This document shows positions 18,231 to 28,224 of a stretch of 64,000 nucleotides of DNA, in pieces; positions within the stretch are counted from its first letter, which is position 1; each line of letters starts with the position of its first letter. The stretch comes from Candidatus Eremiobacteria bacterium. GTDB lineage: Bacteria > Vulcanimicrobiota > Vulcanimicrobiia > Vulcanimicrobiales > Vulcanimicrobiaceae. Both the position numbers and the translations under genes were made by a program. The notes beneath the pieces are model-generated. The model was not told where the DNA came from, did not search any database, and worked only from the letters and a program-made list of their open reading frames with translations. The DNA is taken from assembly GCA_963737065.1 (NCBI GenBank), contig CAVTRC010000001.1, forward strand, positions 2,080,001 through 2,144,000, read 5' to 3'.

Positions 18231-18937
18231 CTGCCGCGTCGTTACTCGTTTTCGCGCGCTGCGCCGGCTTCGTCTTTCGCGCGCCGGGCTTTTCGCATCC
18301 GAGCGTTCCGCGCGCGCTTCGTGCCGGTCTCGCACTGGCGCTCGCCGCAGCGATCGCTCCCGGCGTTCACGTTCGAACGTTGGACGGCGCCGCCCTGATC
18401 GTCGGTGTCGCGACCGAATTTGCGCTCGGGACGGCGATCGGCATAGCGGCCTCGCTGTTGTATGACGGTGCGTATGCCGGCGGACGGATGTTGGACGACT
18501 ACGTCGGGGTGAAAGCGATTGCGCCGAACGTCGATCTTGTCGCGCCGAGCGGGTTCGGGCGGCTTTGGTCACTGGCATTTACCGGCGGATACTTTCTCTT
18601 CGGCGCATATGGCCCGGCCATATCGACGTTCGCCGCGAGTTTCGACCACATCGCACTCGGTGCGCCGTTCGACCCGCATGCATGGGAACCGTTTGCGATC
18701 TCGGTTGCAACGACGATCGTGACCGTAGCGGTTGCGGTTGCTGCACCGGCAGTTGCGCTCGCGTTCGTTACGCAGATTGCGCTTGCGGCGCTCGCGCGGA
18801 CGGTCCCGCGGTTCGCGACCTTCTCGCTTTCCTTTCCGGTCGTCTTCGGCGTCGTGCTGATCGTGACGGCGCTCTCCATTCCGATCGCCGTATCGCAGGC
18901 AGCGCATCCGTTCGTTCTCATTCCGGGCGTACGATGA
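18227..18937 (+). CDS. fliR: Export gate protein FliR/SctT
   Basis: GTGA overlap with fliQ. LVFARCAGFVFRAPGF, EFALG, LARTVPRF..FSLSFP. Confidence 0.88.
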   Translation: MTAASLLVFARCAGFVFRAPGFSHPSVPRALRAGLALALAAAIAPGVHVRTLDGAALIVGVATEFALGTAIGIAASLLYDGAYAGGRMLDDYVGVKAIAPNVDLVAPSGFGRLWSLAFTGGYFLFGAYGPAISTFAASFDHIALGAPFDPHAWEPFAISVATTIVTVAVAVAAPAVALAFVTQIALAALARTVPRFATFSLSFPVVFGVVLIVTALSIPIAVSQAAHPFVLIPGVR

Positions 18938-19944
18938 GCGACGCATCAGAGAAGCAATTCGATGCCACACCGTCCCGCGTCGCAAAAGCACGCCGCGAGG
19001 GCAACGTTCCGCGCTCGCAAGAACTTGCGGCGAACATCGCATTCATTGCTGCGGCACTGTGCGTCGCAGCAGTCTCGCCTTTGTTCAACGCTGCGGCACA
19101 GCGCGCGCTCGCGCGGGCGGCGGGCGGTATGGATGCCGTGGCCGATACGCTCGCAATGCTGGCATGCGCAGTTGCGGTTGCAGCCGGCAGTGCAGCCGCA
19201 GCCGCCGTTGCCGGCGTCATTCAGACCGGGGGTGTTACAATCGTCGCGCCATCGTTCAACGTCTCTCGTCTCGCGCCGGGCGAGGGCATCAAACGCATGT
19301 TGTCCGGTGAAACGGTAACGCACGCGGTTCGCGCGCTGTTCGCATTTGCGGTCGCCGGAGCCGCGACCGTTGCGTCGATGTGGTCGCTCTTCGGAGTCGC
19401 GCGAGAAAGTTCACATATTGACGCGGTGGCCGCGACGGCATGGAACGGTGCAGAACACGTCGTGTTTGCAGCCGCGGCCGTCGGTATGGGCTTTGCAACG
19501 ATCGAATACGCCGTCGCGCGGCGTTCGTGGCTCTCGAAGCTCAAGATGAGCCTGCATGAGCTGAAACGGGAACTGAAAGAGAACGACGGTGATCCGGCGG
19601 CGCGAGCGCGCCGGAAGGCATTGCATCGCAGCCTCATTCGCGGCGCGATCGCGAAGGTCAAAGACGCCTCGTTCGTCGTCGTGAATCCGACGCACGTTGC
19701 GGTTGCGCTCGAATACCGTCCGCCTGCCGTACCGGTGCCGGTCGTTCTCGTGCGCGCTGCAGACGAGATGGCGTTGCGCGTTCGCGCGCTCGCGGCGCAA
19801 AGCGGCATTCCGATCATCGAAAACATCGCGCTCGCGCGTGCACTTTTCGCCCAGACGCAGCCCGGCGAAGCGATACCGCATGAGTGCTACGTCGCGGTCG
19901 CGGAAATCGTCGCGTCGCTCATCCGCAGCGGAGCGTTCGAATGA
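18934..19944 (+). CDS. flhB: Export switch protein FlhB/SctU
   Basis: EKQFDATPSR..KARREGNVPRS, LKMS..ELKRELKENDGDP, intact NPTH autocleavage motif, IENIALARALF. Confidence 0.95.
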   Translation: MSDASEKQFDATPSRVAKARREGNVPRSQELAANIAFIAAALCVAAVSPLFNAAAQRALARAAGGMDAVADTLAMLACAVAVAAGSAAAAAVAGVIQTGGVTIVAPSFNVSRLAPGEGIKRMLSGETVTHAVRALFAFAVAGAATVASMWSLFGVARESSHIDAVAATAWNGAEHVVFAAAAVGMGFATIEYAVARRSWLSKLKMSLHELKRELKENDGDPAARARRKALHRSLIRGAIAKVKDASFVVVNPTHVAVALEYRPPAVPVPVVLVRAADEMALRVRALAAQSGIPIIENIALARALFAQTQPGEAIPHECYVAVAEIVASLIRSGAFE

Positions 19945-21992
19945 CGAAACTCCCTGTTTATGCTTTTGCGGCGTGTTTGCTCGCAATCGTGGCGATTTTG
20001 ATCGTGCCGCTGGCGCCCTGGCTGCTCGACGTGCTGCTCGCCATCAATGTGTTCGGTTCCGCGCTTGTGCTGTTGCTCGCCGTGACGATTGATGACCCGC
20101 TCGAGTTCTCAGCCTTTGCGCCGGCATTGCTGGTCGCGACGCTCTTCCGCCTGTCGCTCGACGTGTCGGCGACGCGGCTCATCTTGACCGATGGAGCAAC
20201 ACCGGGCGCAGTCGGTGCAATTATCCCGGCTTTCGGCGCGTTCGTCGTTCACGGGAATCTCGTCGTCGGTTTGATCGTCTTCGCCATTCTCATCACGATT
20301 CAATTCATCGTGATCGCGAGCGGATCGCAGCGAGTTGCCGAAGTCGCCGCGCGCTTCACGCTCGACGCGATGCCCGGCAAACAGATGGCGATCGATGCGG
20401 ACGTGCACGCCGGCGTGCTCGATGCCGACGGCGCGCGGCGCAAACGCGCGCTCGTGCAGCGCGAAGCCGATTTCTACGGCGCGATGGACGGCGCCGGAAA
20501 ATTTGTGAAAGGCGATGCCGTCGCTGCACTGGTCATCGTCGGCTTGAACCTTTCGGGCGGCATCGTCGTCGGCATTGCGTATCACGGAATGCCGCCGCTC
20601 GACGCACTCAACACCTACGCGTTGCTCTCCATCGGCAATGCGCTCGTGACGACGCTGCCGGCGTTTCTGATTTCGACCGCGATGGGCATGATGGTCACGC
20701 GCGTCGCTTCGGACGGCGCGCTCGGTGCCGATCTCGCCGCGCAGCTTTTCGCGCGTCCCGACGTATTGCGCAGCGCGGGTGCGCTGCTGATCGTCCTCTC
20801 GTTCGTTCCCGCATTGCCGCGGCCGGTGTTTTTCATGCTCGGCGGATGCGCGTTCGTTGCAGCGCAGCTCGCGGCGCGCAAACAACGCGCGCGCGTCCGG
20901 CAGGCGACGGCGGAAAGCGAGCGCGCAAAGCGGCAGGCGCTCCGGCGACCGGAACTTGCGCTCGGACTCGTGGGCGTGGATGCGATGTCGATCGACATCG
21001 GCTCGGAGATCGCGCACCTCCTAGTGCCGCCGCTGGCGGACGCGCTATTGGATCGTATCGGCGAAGTCCGTCGCGCGCTTGCAACGGAGATCGGTATCGT
21101 GCTTCCGGGCGTGCGGCTGCGCGACGATCTCGCGCGCGACGCACAGACGTATGCGATCCGCGTTCGCGATCGGATTGCCGGAGAAGGGCGGTTGCAGCTT
21201 GAGCGCGTCCTTGCGGTCGCCGACGTCTCGGTGCTGTCGCGCTTCGGCCTCGATGTGCAGCCGGAACCCGTCTACGGGCTTCCGTCCGCGTGGATCGATT
21301 CGGCGCAACGTACCGCGCTCGCCGATGCGGGCGCTTTAGTGTTCGATCCCATTTCGATCGTCGGATCGCATGTCGCGGAAACCGTACGGCGGTATGCAAG
21401 CGAACTCGTCGGCCGCCAAGAGCTACAGACGATGCTCGAACATCTGCGCGCAACGATGCCGGCTCTCGTTAAAGAAATCGGCACGGACGCGTTCCCACTT
21501 GGCGTATTGCACCGTGCGTACGTGTATCTGTTGCGCGAGGGCGCCTGGCCGCGCGACCCCGTCGCGCTCTTGCAGGCGATGCTCGAGGCGCCGACGCGCG
21601 ACCCACGCGAACTTGCGGAGGCGGCTCGTCGCGCGATCGTTCCCGATCTGCTGCGCCGGCGCGGTGTGAGCAAACTCGAGCCGCTCTTGCTCGACCCCGA
21701 ATACGAGCGCGAACTGACGCGAGCTTGGGTTAGCGCTACGGTTGAAATCGCTCCCGATCCCGACCGCGCGCTCTCACTGCGAGACCAAGTAGCGTCGTAT
21801 TCGGCTCGAGTACCGCGCGAGCGAGCGGCCGTCGTCTGTATGCCGCCATTGCGGCCGGTGCTCGCGGACTTCCTTATGCGGAGCGGAGTCCGGACGGAAG
21901 TATTCGCGTATGGTGAACTGCCCCCGGAGTTGCAGTTAGTTCCGGCCGGAGTGGTGAACCATGAGCCGCGGCCCTTGGCGGCATTTGTTTGA
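19941..21992 (+). CDS. flhA: Export gate major subunit FlhA/SctV
   Basis: RVAEVAARFTLDAMPGKQMAIDAD, EADFYGAMDGAGKFVKGDA, and a full cytoplasmic domain. Confidence 0.96.
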   Translation: MTKLPVYAFAACLLAIVAILIVPLAPWLLDVLLAINVFGSALVLLLAVTIDDPLEFSAFAPALLVATLFRLSLDVSATRLILTDGATPGAVGAIIPAFGAFVVHGNLVVGLIVFAILITIQFIVIASGSQRVAEVAARFTLDAMPGKQMAIDADVHAGVLDADGARRKRALVQREADFYGAMDGAGKFVKGDAVAALVIVGLNLSGGIVVGIAYHGMPPLDALNTYALLSIGNALVTTLPAFLISTAMGMMVTRVASDGALGADLAAQLFARPDVLRSAGALLIVLSFVPALPRPVFFMLGGCAFVAAQLAARKQRARVRQATAESERAKRQALRRPELALGLVGVDAMSIDIGSEIAHLLVPPLADALLDRIGEVRRALATEIGIVLPGVRLRDDLARDAQTYAIRVRDRIAGEGRLQLERVLAVADVSVLSRFGLDVQPEPVYGLPSAWIDSAQRTALADAGALVFDPISIVGSHVAETVRRYASELVGRQELQTMLEHLRATMPALVKEIGTDAFPLGVLHRAYVYLLREGAWPRDPVALLQAMLEAPTRDPRELAEAARRAIVPDLLRRRGVSKLEPLLLDPEYERELTRAWVSATVEIAPDPDRALSLRDQVASYSARVPRERAAVVCMPPLRPVLADFLMRSGVRTEVFAYGELPPELQLVPAGVVNHEPRPLAAFV

Positions 21993-22017
21993 CCGTCGCG
22001 CGGCGCCTGAGTATACT
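21989..22017 (+). promoter_or_regulatory. Sigma70-type promoter for secDF
   Basis: TTGACC-N17-TATACT. Confidence 0.7.
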
Positions 22018-22071
22018 CGTAGGGTTGTCGCCGGGCTTTGGCCTGGCGTTCCTTCTTTCATAGTGAAGCCG

Positions 22072-23445
22072 ATGAGCTGGAATACGATTAAACCGTTTGT
22101 CAAAGCGCTCGTGATCATCGCGGTCGTCGCCTATTCGATTTGGACGATTCTCCCGGTCGACCAACGCATTCACCTAGGTCTGGACTTGCAAGGCGGTTCG
22201 CGTTTGCTGCTCCAGCTCTCGCCCACTAACGACGTGACGAAGATCACGCCCGAAGTTCAGGCGCAGACGCGCCAGGTGATCGACCAGCGCATCAACTCGC
22301 TCGGCGTGACGGAGCCGCAGATCAGCAACGTCGGCAGCGATCGCATTCTCGTCGAAATTCCGAACCTCAAGAATCCCGATCAAGCCGAACAACTGCTCAA
22401 GCAGGTCGCGGTTCTCGACTACAAGATCATGCCGCCGGACGTCGAGTCGAAAGCCGAGCGCGCCTTGGAGATCGTCAGTGCACCCGCCAATGCGCCCGGG
22501 ATCACGGCGAAGCAACGCGCGGAAGCAAAGCAGTACGTCGAACGAGGCGCATACGACGCATCCGGTCCGGTCGTATACACGGGTAAAGAATTGAAGGCCG
22601 CCCAGGCGAGCTTCGATCAATCGGGCAACCCGAACATCACGTTTCAGACAAAGGATCCGTCGAAGTTCGGACGCATGACGACCGCGAACGTCGGCAAACT
22701 GCTCGCGATCTTCCTCGATCATCGCTATGTTTCCGCCGCTACCATTCAGAGCCCGATCTTCGACAGCGGTCAAATCACGGGTCAGTTCACGCAAGACTAC
22801 ACGGTTACGCTTGCCAACGAACTCAATGCCGGCGCGCTTCCCGCGCACATCGACATCATCGAGAAAGAGACCATCGGGCCGACGCTCGGTAAGATCGATC
22901 TGGAGCAGTCACTGAGGGCGTCGATTCTTGGTCTCGTGCTCGTATTGATCTTTATGATCCTCGTTTACCGCCTTCCGGGCTTTCTCGCGGACATCGCGCT
23001 CGCGATCTACGTGCTCGTCATGCTAGCGATTCTCTCGCTCTCCCACGCGACGTTGACGCTCCCCGGTATCGCGGGTTTCGTCCTCTCGATCGGTATGGCC
23101 GTTGACGCCAACGTTTTGATCTTCGAACGTATCAAAGAAGAACTGTGGAACGGCAAATCGTTCCGCTCCGCCGTTCGGGTCGGTTTCGCGCGCGCGTTTT
23201 CCGCGGTGTTCGACAGCCACTTCACGACGATCGTCGGCGCGGGCGTGCTCTACATGCTCGGCACCGGCACGGTGAAAGGCTTCGCGTTCACGCTGTTCTG
23301 GGGTACCGTCGTCTCGCTCGTCACCGCGGTCTTCGTTACGCGTTTCTTCGTCGACACGCTGGTCGACAACAACGTGCTCACGTCACCGGAGCTCTACGGC
23401 GTCAAATCCGACGACGTCGGCATCTTCGCGAAAGCGGGGGCATAG
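22072..23445 (+). CDS. secD: Protein translocase subunit SecD
   Basis: LGLDLQGG, IGPTLG, TLTLPGIAG..IGMAVDANVLIFERIKEE, GTVKGFA. Confidence 0.96.
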   Translation: MSWNTIKPFVKALVIIAVVAYSIWTILPVDQRIHLGLDLQGGSRLLLQLSPTNDVTKITPEVQAQTRQVIDQRINSLGVTEPQISNVGSDRILVEIPNLKNPDQAEQLLKQVAVLDYKIMPPDVESKAERALEIVSAPANAPGITAKQRAEAKQYVERGAYDASGPVVYTGKELKAAQASFDQSGNPNITFQTKDPSKFGRMTTANVGKLLAIFLDHRYVSAATIQSPIFDSGQITGQFTQDYTVTLANELNAGALPAHIDIIEKETIGPTLGKIDLEQSLRASILGLVLVLIFMILVYRLPGFLADIALAIYVLVMLAILSLSHATLTLPGIAGFVLSIGMAVDANVLIFERIKEELWNGKSFRSAVRVGFARAFSAVFDSHFTTIVGAGVLYMLGTGTVKGFAFTLFWGTVVSLVTAVFVTRFFVDTLVDNNVLTSPELYGVKSDDVGIFAKAGA

Positions 23446-23454
23446 GACCGCACC

Positions 23455-24714
23455 ATGCTATTTCGCAGATTGAACTGGAACATCGTCGGATGGTTCCGCA
23501 CCGTCTCGGCGATCTCATATCTCGTCATGGCCCTCGGTGCCGCGGCCATGATTTACCACGGTTTCCAAGGCGGCGACGGATTCCACGCCAACCACATGTT
23601 GCGCCTTGGCCTCTCGTTCACCGGTGGTACGGACGTTAGCGTTTCATACGATGGGCCGACGCAACCGCAAGCGGTGAAAGACGCGCTCGCGCCGCTGAAC
23701 CTCTCGGACGAGCGCATCACGACCGCGGGAAGCGACGGCAAGAACTTCCAGATCCAAACGCAGACGTCGTTCGCAAATAACTCTGTCCCGCTCAAGGACG
23801 CGCTTGCAAAAGCCGGACCGTACGATGCGAGCAAGTTGAGCATTACGGCGCTCGGACCGACGCTCGGCGCCGAGTATCTTCGTCTCGCGCTATGGGCGCT
23901 CTTGATTGCGCTCGGCATCCAGTTCATCTACATCGCGTTCCGCTTCAATTGGAACTACATCTTCGGCCTCGTCACCGTCATCGCGCTCGTTCGCGACGCG
24001 CTTGTGATGATCGGTATCTACGCGATCGCCAATCGCCCGGCGGACGACGCATTCCTCGCGGCTGTGCTGACCGTCATCGGCTACTCCGTCATGGATACGA
24101 TCGTCATCCTCGACCGGATCCGTGAGAACACGAAGATCATGGGCGGCGCGCGGTACGAGACGATCGTCAACGAGTCGATCAAGCAAACGATGACGCGCTC
24201 CGTGAACACGGTCGCGACGGTCGTTATCACGCTCGTTGCGCTGTTGCTACTCGGCGGCGGCAGCCTAAAGAACTTCGCGTTCGCACTGCTCGTCGGTATC
24301 CTCTCCGGCGCATATCACTCGATCTTCTTCTCGGCACCGCTCGTCGTGATCTTCCGCAAGCGTCAAATCGCGGCGGCGGAACGCAAGCGCCGGACCAGCC
24401 TCTCGGCGCCCGCGGCCGTGTCGACGTCGAAGGCGGCCACAACCGTGAGCCGCGGAGCGTCGCGCGAAGACATCGTTGCCGCGCGTCGCGCACGCCGGGA
24501 GAAGCAAAAAGCAACGCGTCCTACCGCGTCGACGTCAGCGCGCTACCGGCGTAAAGCAGCGACCGCCGACGTCGCGGAAATCGATCCGCTCGACGCGCAA
24601 GTCTCCGGCTTGCACGAAGAAGCATTCGACGCGGGGCACGAAGAGATCAATCTGAACCTCGACGGTTTCGACACGCCGGAGCATGTCGAGTCGCACATCG
24701 ACCGCGAAGAGTAA
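23455..24714 (+). CDS. secF: Protein translocase subunit SecF with long charged C-terminal tail
   Basis: GLSFTGGT, LGPTLG, LTVIGYSVMDTIVILDRIREN, QTMTRSVNT. Confidence 0.95.
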   Translation: MLFRRLNWNIVGWFRTVSAISYLVMALGAAAMIYHGFQGGDGFHANHMLRLGLSFTGGTDVSVSYDGPTQPQAVKDALAPLNLSDERITTAGSDGKNFQIQTQTSFANNSVPLKDALAKAGPYDASKLSITALGPTLGAEYLRLALWALLIALGIQFIYIAFRFNWNYIFGLVTVIALVRDALVMIGIYAIANRPADDAFLAAVLTVIGYSVMDTIVILDRIRENTKIMGGARYETIVNESIKQTMTRSVNTVATVVITLVALLLLGGGSLKNFAFALLVGILSGAYHSIFFSAPLVVIFRKRQIAAAERKRRTSLSAPAAVSTSKAATTVSRGASREDIVAARRARREKQKATRPTASTSARYRRKAATADVAEIDPLDAQVSGLHEEAFDAGHEEINLNLDGFDTPEHVESHIDREE

Positions 24715-26743
24715 ACGAGCGCTTCCGCCTCCCACCGCGTCGGAACGTCTGTTTGAGCGCGCCTTAGCTGCGCTCAAAGAGGGTTTCAACGCTGCAACGC
24801 GACCGAGTGCGCCACCCGATCCGACGGAGCCCGATGCGTCTCCGCAAGCTTTAGCGGACTTTGTAGATCGTGCCTTTGCACATAGCGGCGCGTATCTGCG
24901 TGACCGCTATGCATCGATCGGGGATGCGTCGCAATTTCATACAAAACTTGCCGGCGTCTCGTTCGAGGGCCGGCAAGATGTTATTGCAGGCTTGCGCGTC
25001 GGCGCAGCGGTGCAACTCCAGCGCCAGCCCGAGAATCGGTTCGATGAAAACGCGATCGCCGTGTTCTTCGGTGCACTGCAACTCGGCTTCATCAACAAGG
25101 GCATCGCCAAACATCTCGCGCCGCTCATCGATGCCGGCGCGCGCTACCAAGCGCGGATCGAGTCGCTCACCGGAGGAACCCCTTCGGCAAGCTCAGGGCA
25201 GGCTCAACGAAACCGCGGCGTCAACATCTACGTGTGGCGCGATGCCGCCGCGTCGATTGCGCACCGAGCCGTGCAGTCGGCGGAATTGCGTGCGCGCGTT
25301 CGCACCACCGGCGACGACTTGGAAGACTCCGTCCGGCGCGCATTGATCGGTGACGCATATCCGCACAAAGCGCAACTCGACGTGCTCGAACGCGTCGAAG
25401 CGGGAAGCAACACGTTGGCCGTACTCGCGACGGGGCGCGGAAAATCGTTGTGTTTTCAGTACCCTGCGACGCTCCGGGCGCTACGCGGTGGCGGCAAGAC
25501 GCTCGTCATCTATCCGCTGCGCGCGCTCGCGAACGATCAATACGAAGCACTGTTACGCAAACTGGACGCTTTCGGCCTACGGACCTATCGCGCGAACGGC
25601 TCGATCTCGCACGATGAACGCGAAGAACTGTTCGAAGCGTTGCAGGAGGGAGCGTGGGACATCATGCTCGCGACGCCCGAGTTTTTGGAGTTTCACCGCG
25701 TAGAGTTCGCCGCGGCTAGCGCGCCGCGTTTCGTGGTCGTCGACGAAGCGCATCATCTCTACGAATCGAAGCATCGCGCCGCGTACGGACGCTTAGGCGA
25801 AACAATTGCGTCGCTCGGCAATCCGCAAGTTCTCGCGCTAACTGCAACGGCGAACGATGAAGCCTTCGCCCATATCGTGCGCGCGCTGAAGGTCGGCGCG
25901 TGGGTGATCGATCCGACCGTGCGAGACAACCTGCAGGTCGTCGACGCACGTGGCGCACGCGATAAAGCCGAGTATCTCCGCGTGCTCTTGCGCAGCGGCG
26001 AGAAGGCAATCGTCTACTGTAATTCGCGCACCGAGGCAACGAAAGTCGCGCAGGCGCTGCGCAAGAACCTCGGCAACCGCGTGATGTTTTATCATGCGGG
26101 CATGCCGACGCCCGAGCGCCACGAGGTTGAACGGTTCTTTCGCGACGGAGAACTGCAGGCCGTCGTCGCAACCTCGGCATTCGGCGAAGGCATCGATCTG
26201 CCCGACGTGCGTCATGTCGTACTCTATCACTTGAACTTCGACTTCACCGAGTTCAACCAACAAGCAGGGCGCGCCGGACGCGATGGCGGCGAGGCGAAGA
26301 TTCATTTGCTCTTCGGCGAGCAAGACCGCGCGCTCAATGAATTCATCATCGACCGCGAGGCGCCGACGCTGAATGTTTTACGCGCCGTTTATCGCGGGAT
26401 CCGCGGCATCGCGCGCGACGGTGAACTCCGCATGAACTACGTCGACATCGCACGCACGCTGGAACTCGACAAGGTGAACGAACGCACCGTGAGCCGCGCG
26501 TTGCGCATCTTCGAGGATGAGGGTCTGGTGGAGATCGCCGAGGACGATGCCGGGCGCTACATTCGCTTTCGGAAAGTCGACGGCAAAGTCGATCTCACGC
26601 AAAACGAGCGATTCGCCGAAGGAGAAGCGGAACGTGAGAGCTTCAAACGGTTCTGCGATCTCGTGCTCAGTGCGAGAAGCGATGCATTGGAGCGCATCAT
26701 CAATCGTCCAATTTACCCGTCGAAGGTTGAACTGCTTCGGTAG
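24683..26743 (+). CDS. HIRAN-domain RecQ-like DEAH helicase with RecJ-C-terminal-like tail
   Basis: HIRAN: TKLAGVSFEGRQ..QRQPENRFDENAIAV..LGFI. Helicase: ATGRGKSLCFQ, DEAH, LTATA, QQAGRAGRDG. Tail: ALRIFEDEGLV..KVDL. Confidence 0.85.
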   Translation: MSSRTSTAKSKRALPPPTASERLFERALAALKEGFNAATRPSAPPDPTEPDASPQALADFVDRAFAHSGAYLRDRYASIGDASQFHTKLAGVSFEGRQDVIAGLRVGAAVQLQRQPENRFDENAIAVFFGALQLGFINKGIAKHLAPLIDAGARYQARIESLTGGTPSASSGQAQRNRGVNIYVWRDAAASIAHRAVQSAELRARVRTTGDDLEDSVRRALIGDAYPHKAQLDVLERVEAGSNTLAVLATGRGKSLCFQYPATLRALRGGGKTLVIYPLRALANDQYEALLRKLDAFGLRTYRANGSISHDEREELFEALQEGAWDIMLATPEFLEFHRVEFAAASAPRFVVVDEAHHLYESKHRAAYGRLGETIASLGNPQVLALTATANDEAFAHIVRALKVGAWVIDPTVRDNLQVVDARGARDKAEYLRVLLRSGEKAIVYCNSRTEATKVAQALRKNLGNRVMFYHAGMPTPERHEVERFFRDGELQAVVATSAFGEGIDLPDVRHVVLYHLNFDFTEFNQQAGRAGRDGGEAKIHLLFGEQDRALNEFIIDREAPTLNVLRAVYRGIRGIARDGELRMNYVDIARTLELDKVNERTVSRALRIFEDEGLVEIAEDDAGRYIRFRKVDGKVDLTQNERFAEGEAERESFKRFCDLVLSARSDALERIINRPIYPSKVELLR
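25180..25198 (+). repeat. Short palindromic element copy 1 (intragenic)
   Basis: CCCTTCGGCAAGCTCAGGG, 18/19 identical to the copy at 32068-32086. Confidence 0.6.
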
Positions 26744-27282
26744 TGTCGCAACCGCGCAAAGCAGCGATCGTCCTCGCAATTTTCTCCGCACCGCCGCATG
26801 GTGTCGTGTTCCTCGAACGGGCTGCGCATCTGCGCCATCACGCGGGCGAAATCGGATTGCCCGGTGGCGCGATGGATCCGGAAGACGGCGATGATCCCAC
26901 GCGCACGGCATTGCGAGAGATGGAAGAAGAGGTGGGTGTTACGCCCGATCGCGTCGAGTTCGTGTGGGCGTTTCCGGACCTGCACCCGCGCGTGAGCAAC
27001 TTCATCGCGACGCCGTACGTCGCGATCGTGCAACCCGGGCCGCTCGCGATTGATCCCCGGGAAACCGCCGGCATATTCAGCGTTCCACTGAAGACTCTTC
27101 TCGAAGAGGTCCGTGATGGCGTCATGGAGATCGGTGCAATGCGCATCGAAACGACGGTGCTCGATTTCGACGGACGCCGGATCTGGGGACTCACCGGACG
27201 AGTCTTACGCATGTTCGTCGACGAGTGGAACACCAGCAGCAGTGAACTGCGCACGCGGGTCGAGCGACGATTGTGCCGCTAA
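26743..27282 (+). CDS. Nudix hydrolase, CoA pyrophosphatase family
   Basis: RAAHLRHHAGEIGLPGG...ALREMEEEVG, RIWGLTG. Confidence 0.9.
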   Translation: MSQPRKAAIVLAIFSAPPHGVVFLERAAHLRHHAGEIGLPGGAMDPEDGDDPTRTALREMEEEVGVTPDRVEFVWAFPDLHPRVSNFIATPYVAIVQPGPLAIDPRETAGIFSVPLKTLLEEVRDGVMEIGAMRIETTVLDFDGRRIWGLTGRVLRMFVDEWNTSSSELRTRVERRLCR

Positions 27283-27285
27283 CGC

Positions 27286-27729
27286 TTACGGAAGCGGCGC
27301 GTTGTATTTGTAGAAGCGCGCTTCGCGTGACCATCCGTTGCGTTCGTACACGCGTTGCGCCGCGGTATTCTCGATCGCGGTTTCAAGGAACATCCCCGAG
27401 GCGCCCGATTGACGTGCATACTGGATCGCTGCTTCAAGCAATGCGGAAGCGGTTCCGCCGCCTCGCGCAGGGGGCGCAACGAAGAGATCCTCCAGGATCA
27501 GCGCTGAACGCAGATGCACCGTGCTGAACGTTTGGAAGAGCTGCGCGAAACCGATCGCTTGTTCCAAATCGTCGCACGCAAGAAACACGATACTGCTTCC
27601 GGCGCTCAAATGCCGGTGCATAAAGTCTCGCTCCGCCGCCGGGTCGTGCGCCTGCTTGTAGAACTCGCGATAGCCGCGCACCAGCGGCAGCAGAGAATCT
27701 AGATCGTCGAGCGTCGCGCGGCGGATCAC
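27286..27729 (-). CDS. GNAT N-acetyltransferase
   Basis: GTGA overlap start MIRRATLDD. LEDLFVAPPARGGG, NTAAQRVYERNGW. Confidence 0.9.
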   Translation of the reverse strand: MIRRATLDDLDSLLPLVRGYREFYKQAHDPAAERDFMHRHLSAGSSIVFLACDDLEQAIGFAQLFQTFSTVHLRSALILEDLFVAPPARGGGTASALLEAAIQYARQSGASGMFLETAIENTAAQRVYERNGWSREARFYKYNAPLP

Positions 27730-28214
27730 GAATTTGAGCGCGCGGTCGCCGTTTGAACCGAAGGCTCGCAACGCACGGCAAAATTCACGGAGCGCGCGAT
27801 GAAACATTTTTCGTGCGCTTTGTGATGCAGTTCGTTCGCGGTACCGGCCTGCGACGGATCGTCGAGCGTGACAACTGGTGAAAGGAGGACTTCGGTGAAT
27901 TGCCCGCTGCCGTCAGCGTTGAGCACCATCGTGCCCTTCGCCGCGTCCTCATACGCGGTGACGACCACGCCGGCATCTGCGCACAAGTGCAGATATGCCA
28001 GCATATGGCAGCTCGAAAGCGCAGCGATGAGCAGCTCTTCGGGATTGTAGCGAGCCGAATCGCCGTGGAACGTACGGTGCGACGATCCTTCGATCGAATG
28101 CGATTTTTGCGGCGCGGAGAGCTCATGATCGCGCGCGTACGCGCGATATCCACTCGTTCCCGTTCCGTGATTTCCCGTCCAGCGCAAGTCGACTGCGAAG
28201 TGGTGCTCGTTCAT
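27726..28214 (-). CDS. OsmC/Ohr family protein
   Basis: NPEELLIAALSSCHML and AHEKCFIARSV, two catalytic Cys. Confidence 0.92.
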   Translation of the reverse strand: MNEHHFAVDLRWTGNHGTGTSGYRAYARDHELSAPQKSHSIEGSSHRTFHGDSARYNPEELLIAALSSCHMLAYLHLCADAGVVVTAYEDAAKGTMVLNADGSGQFTEVLLSPVVTLDDPSQAGTANELHHKAHEKCFIARSVNFAVRCEPSVQTATARSNS

Positions 28215-28224
28215 CGAAGTTCTC

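Noticed and set aside
409..21992. Ordinary complete flagellar operon or classical injectisome
   Set aside because: It lacks hook, filament, stator and FliG-C for a motor. It lacks secretin, SctD and needle genes, and it has flagellar-type FliF, FliE and FlgC. Genes elsewhere in the genome cannot be excluded.
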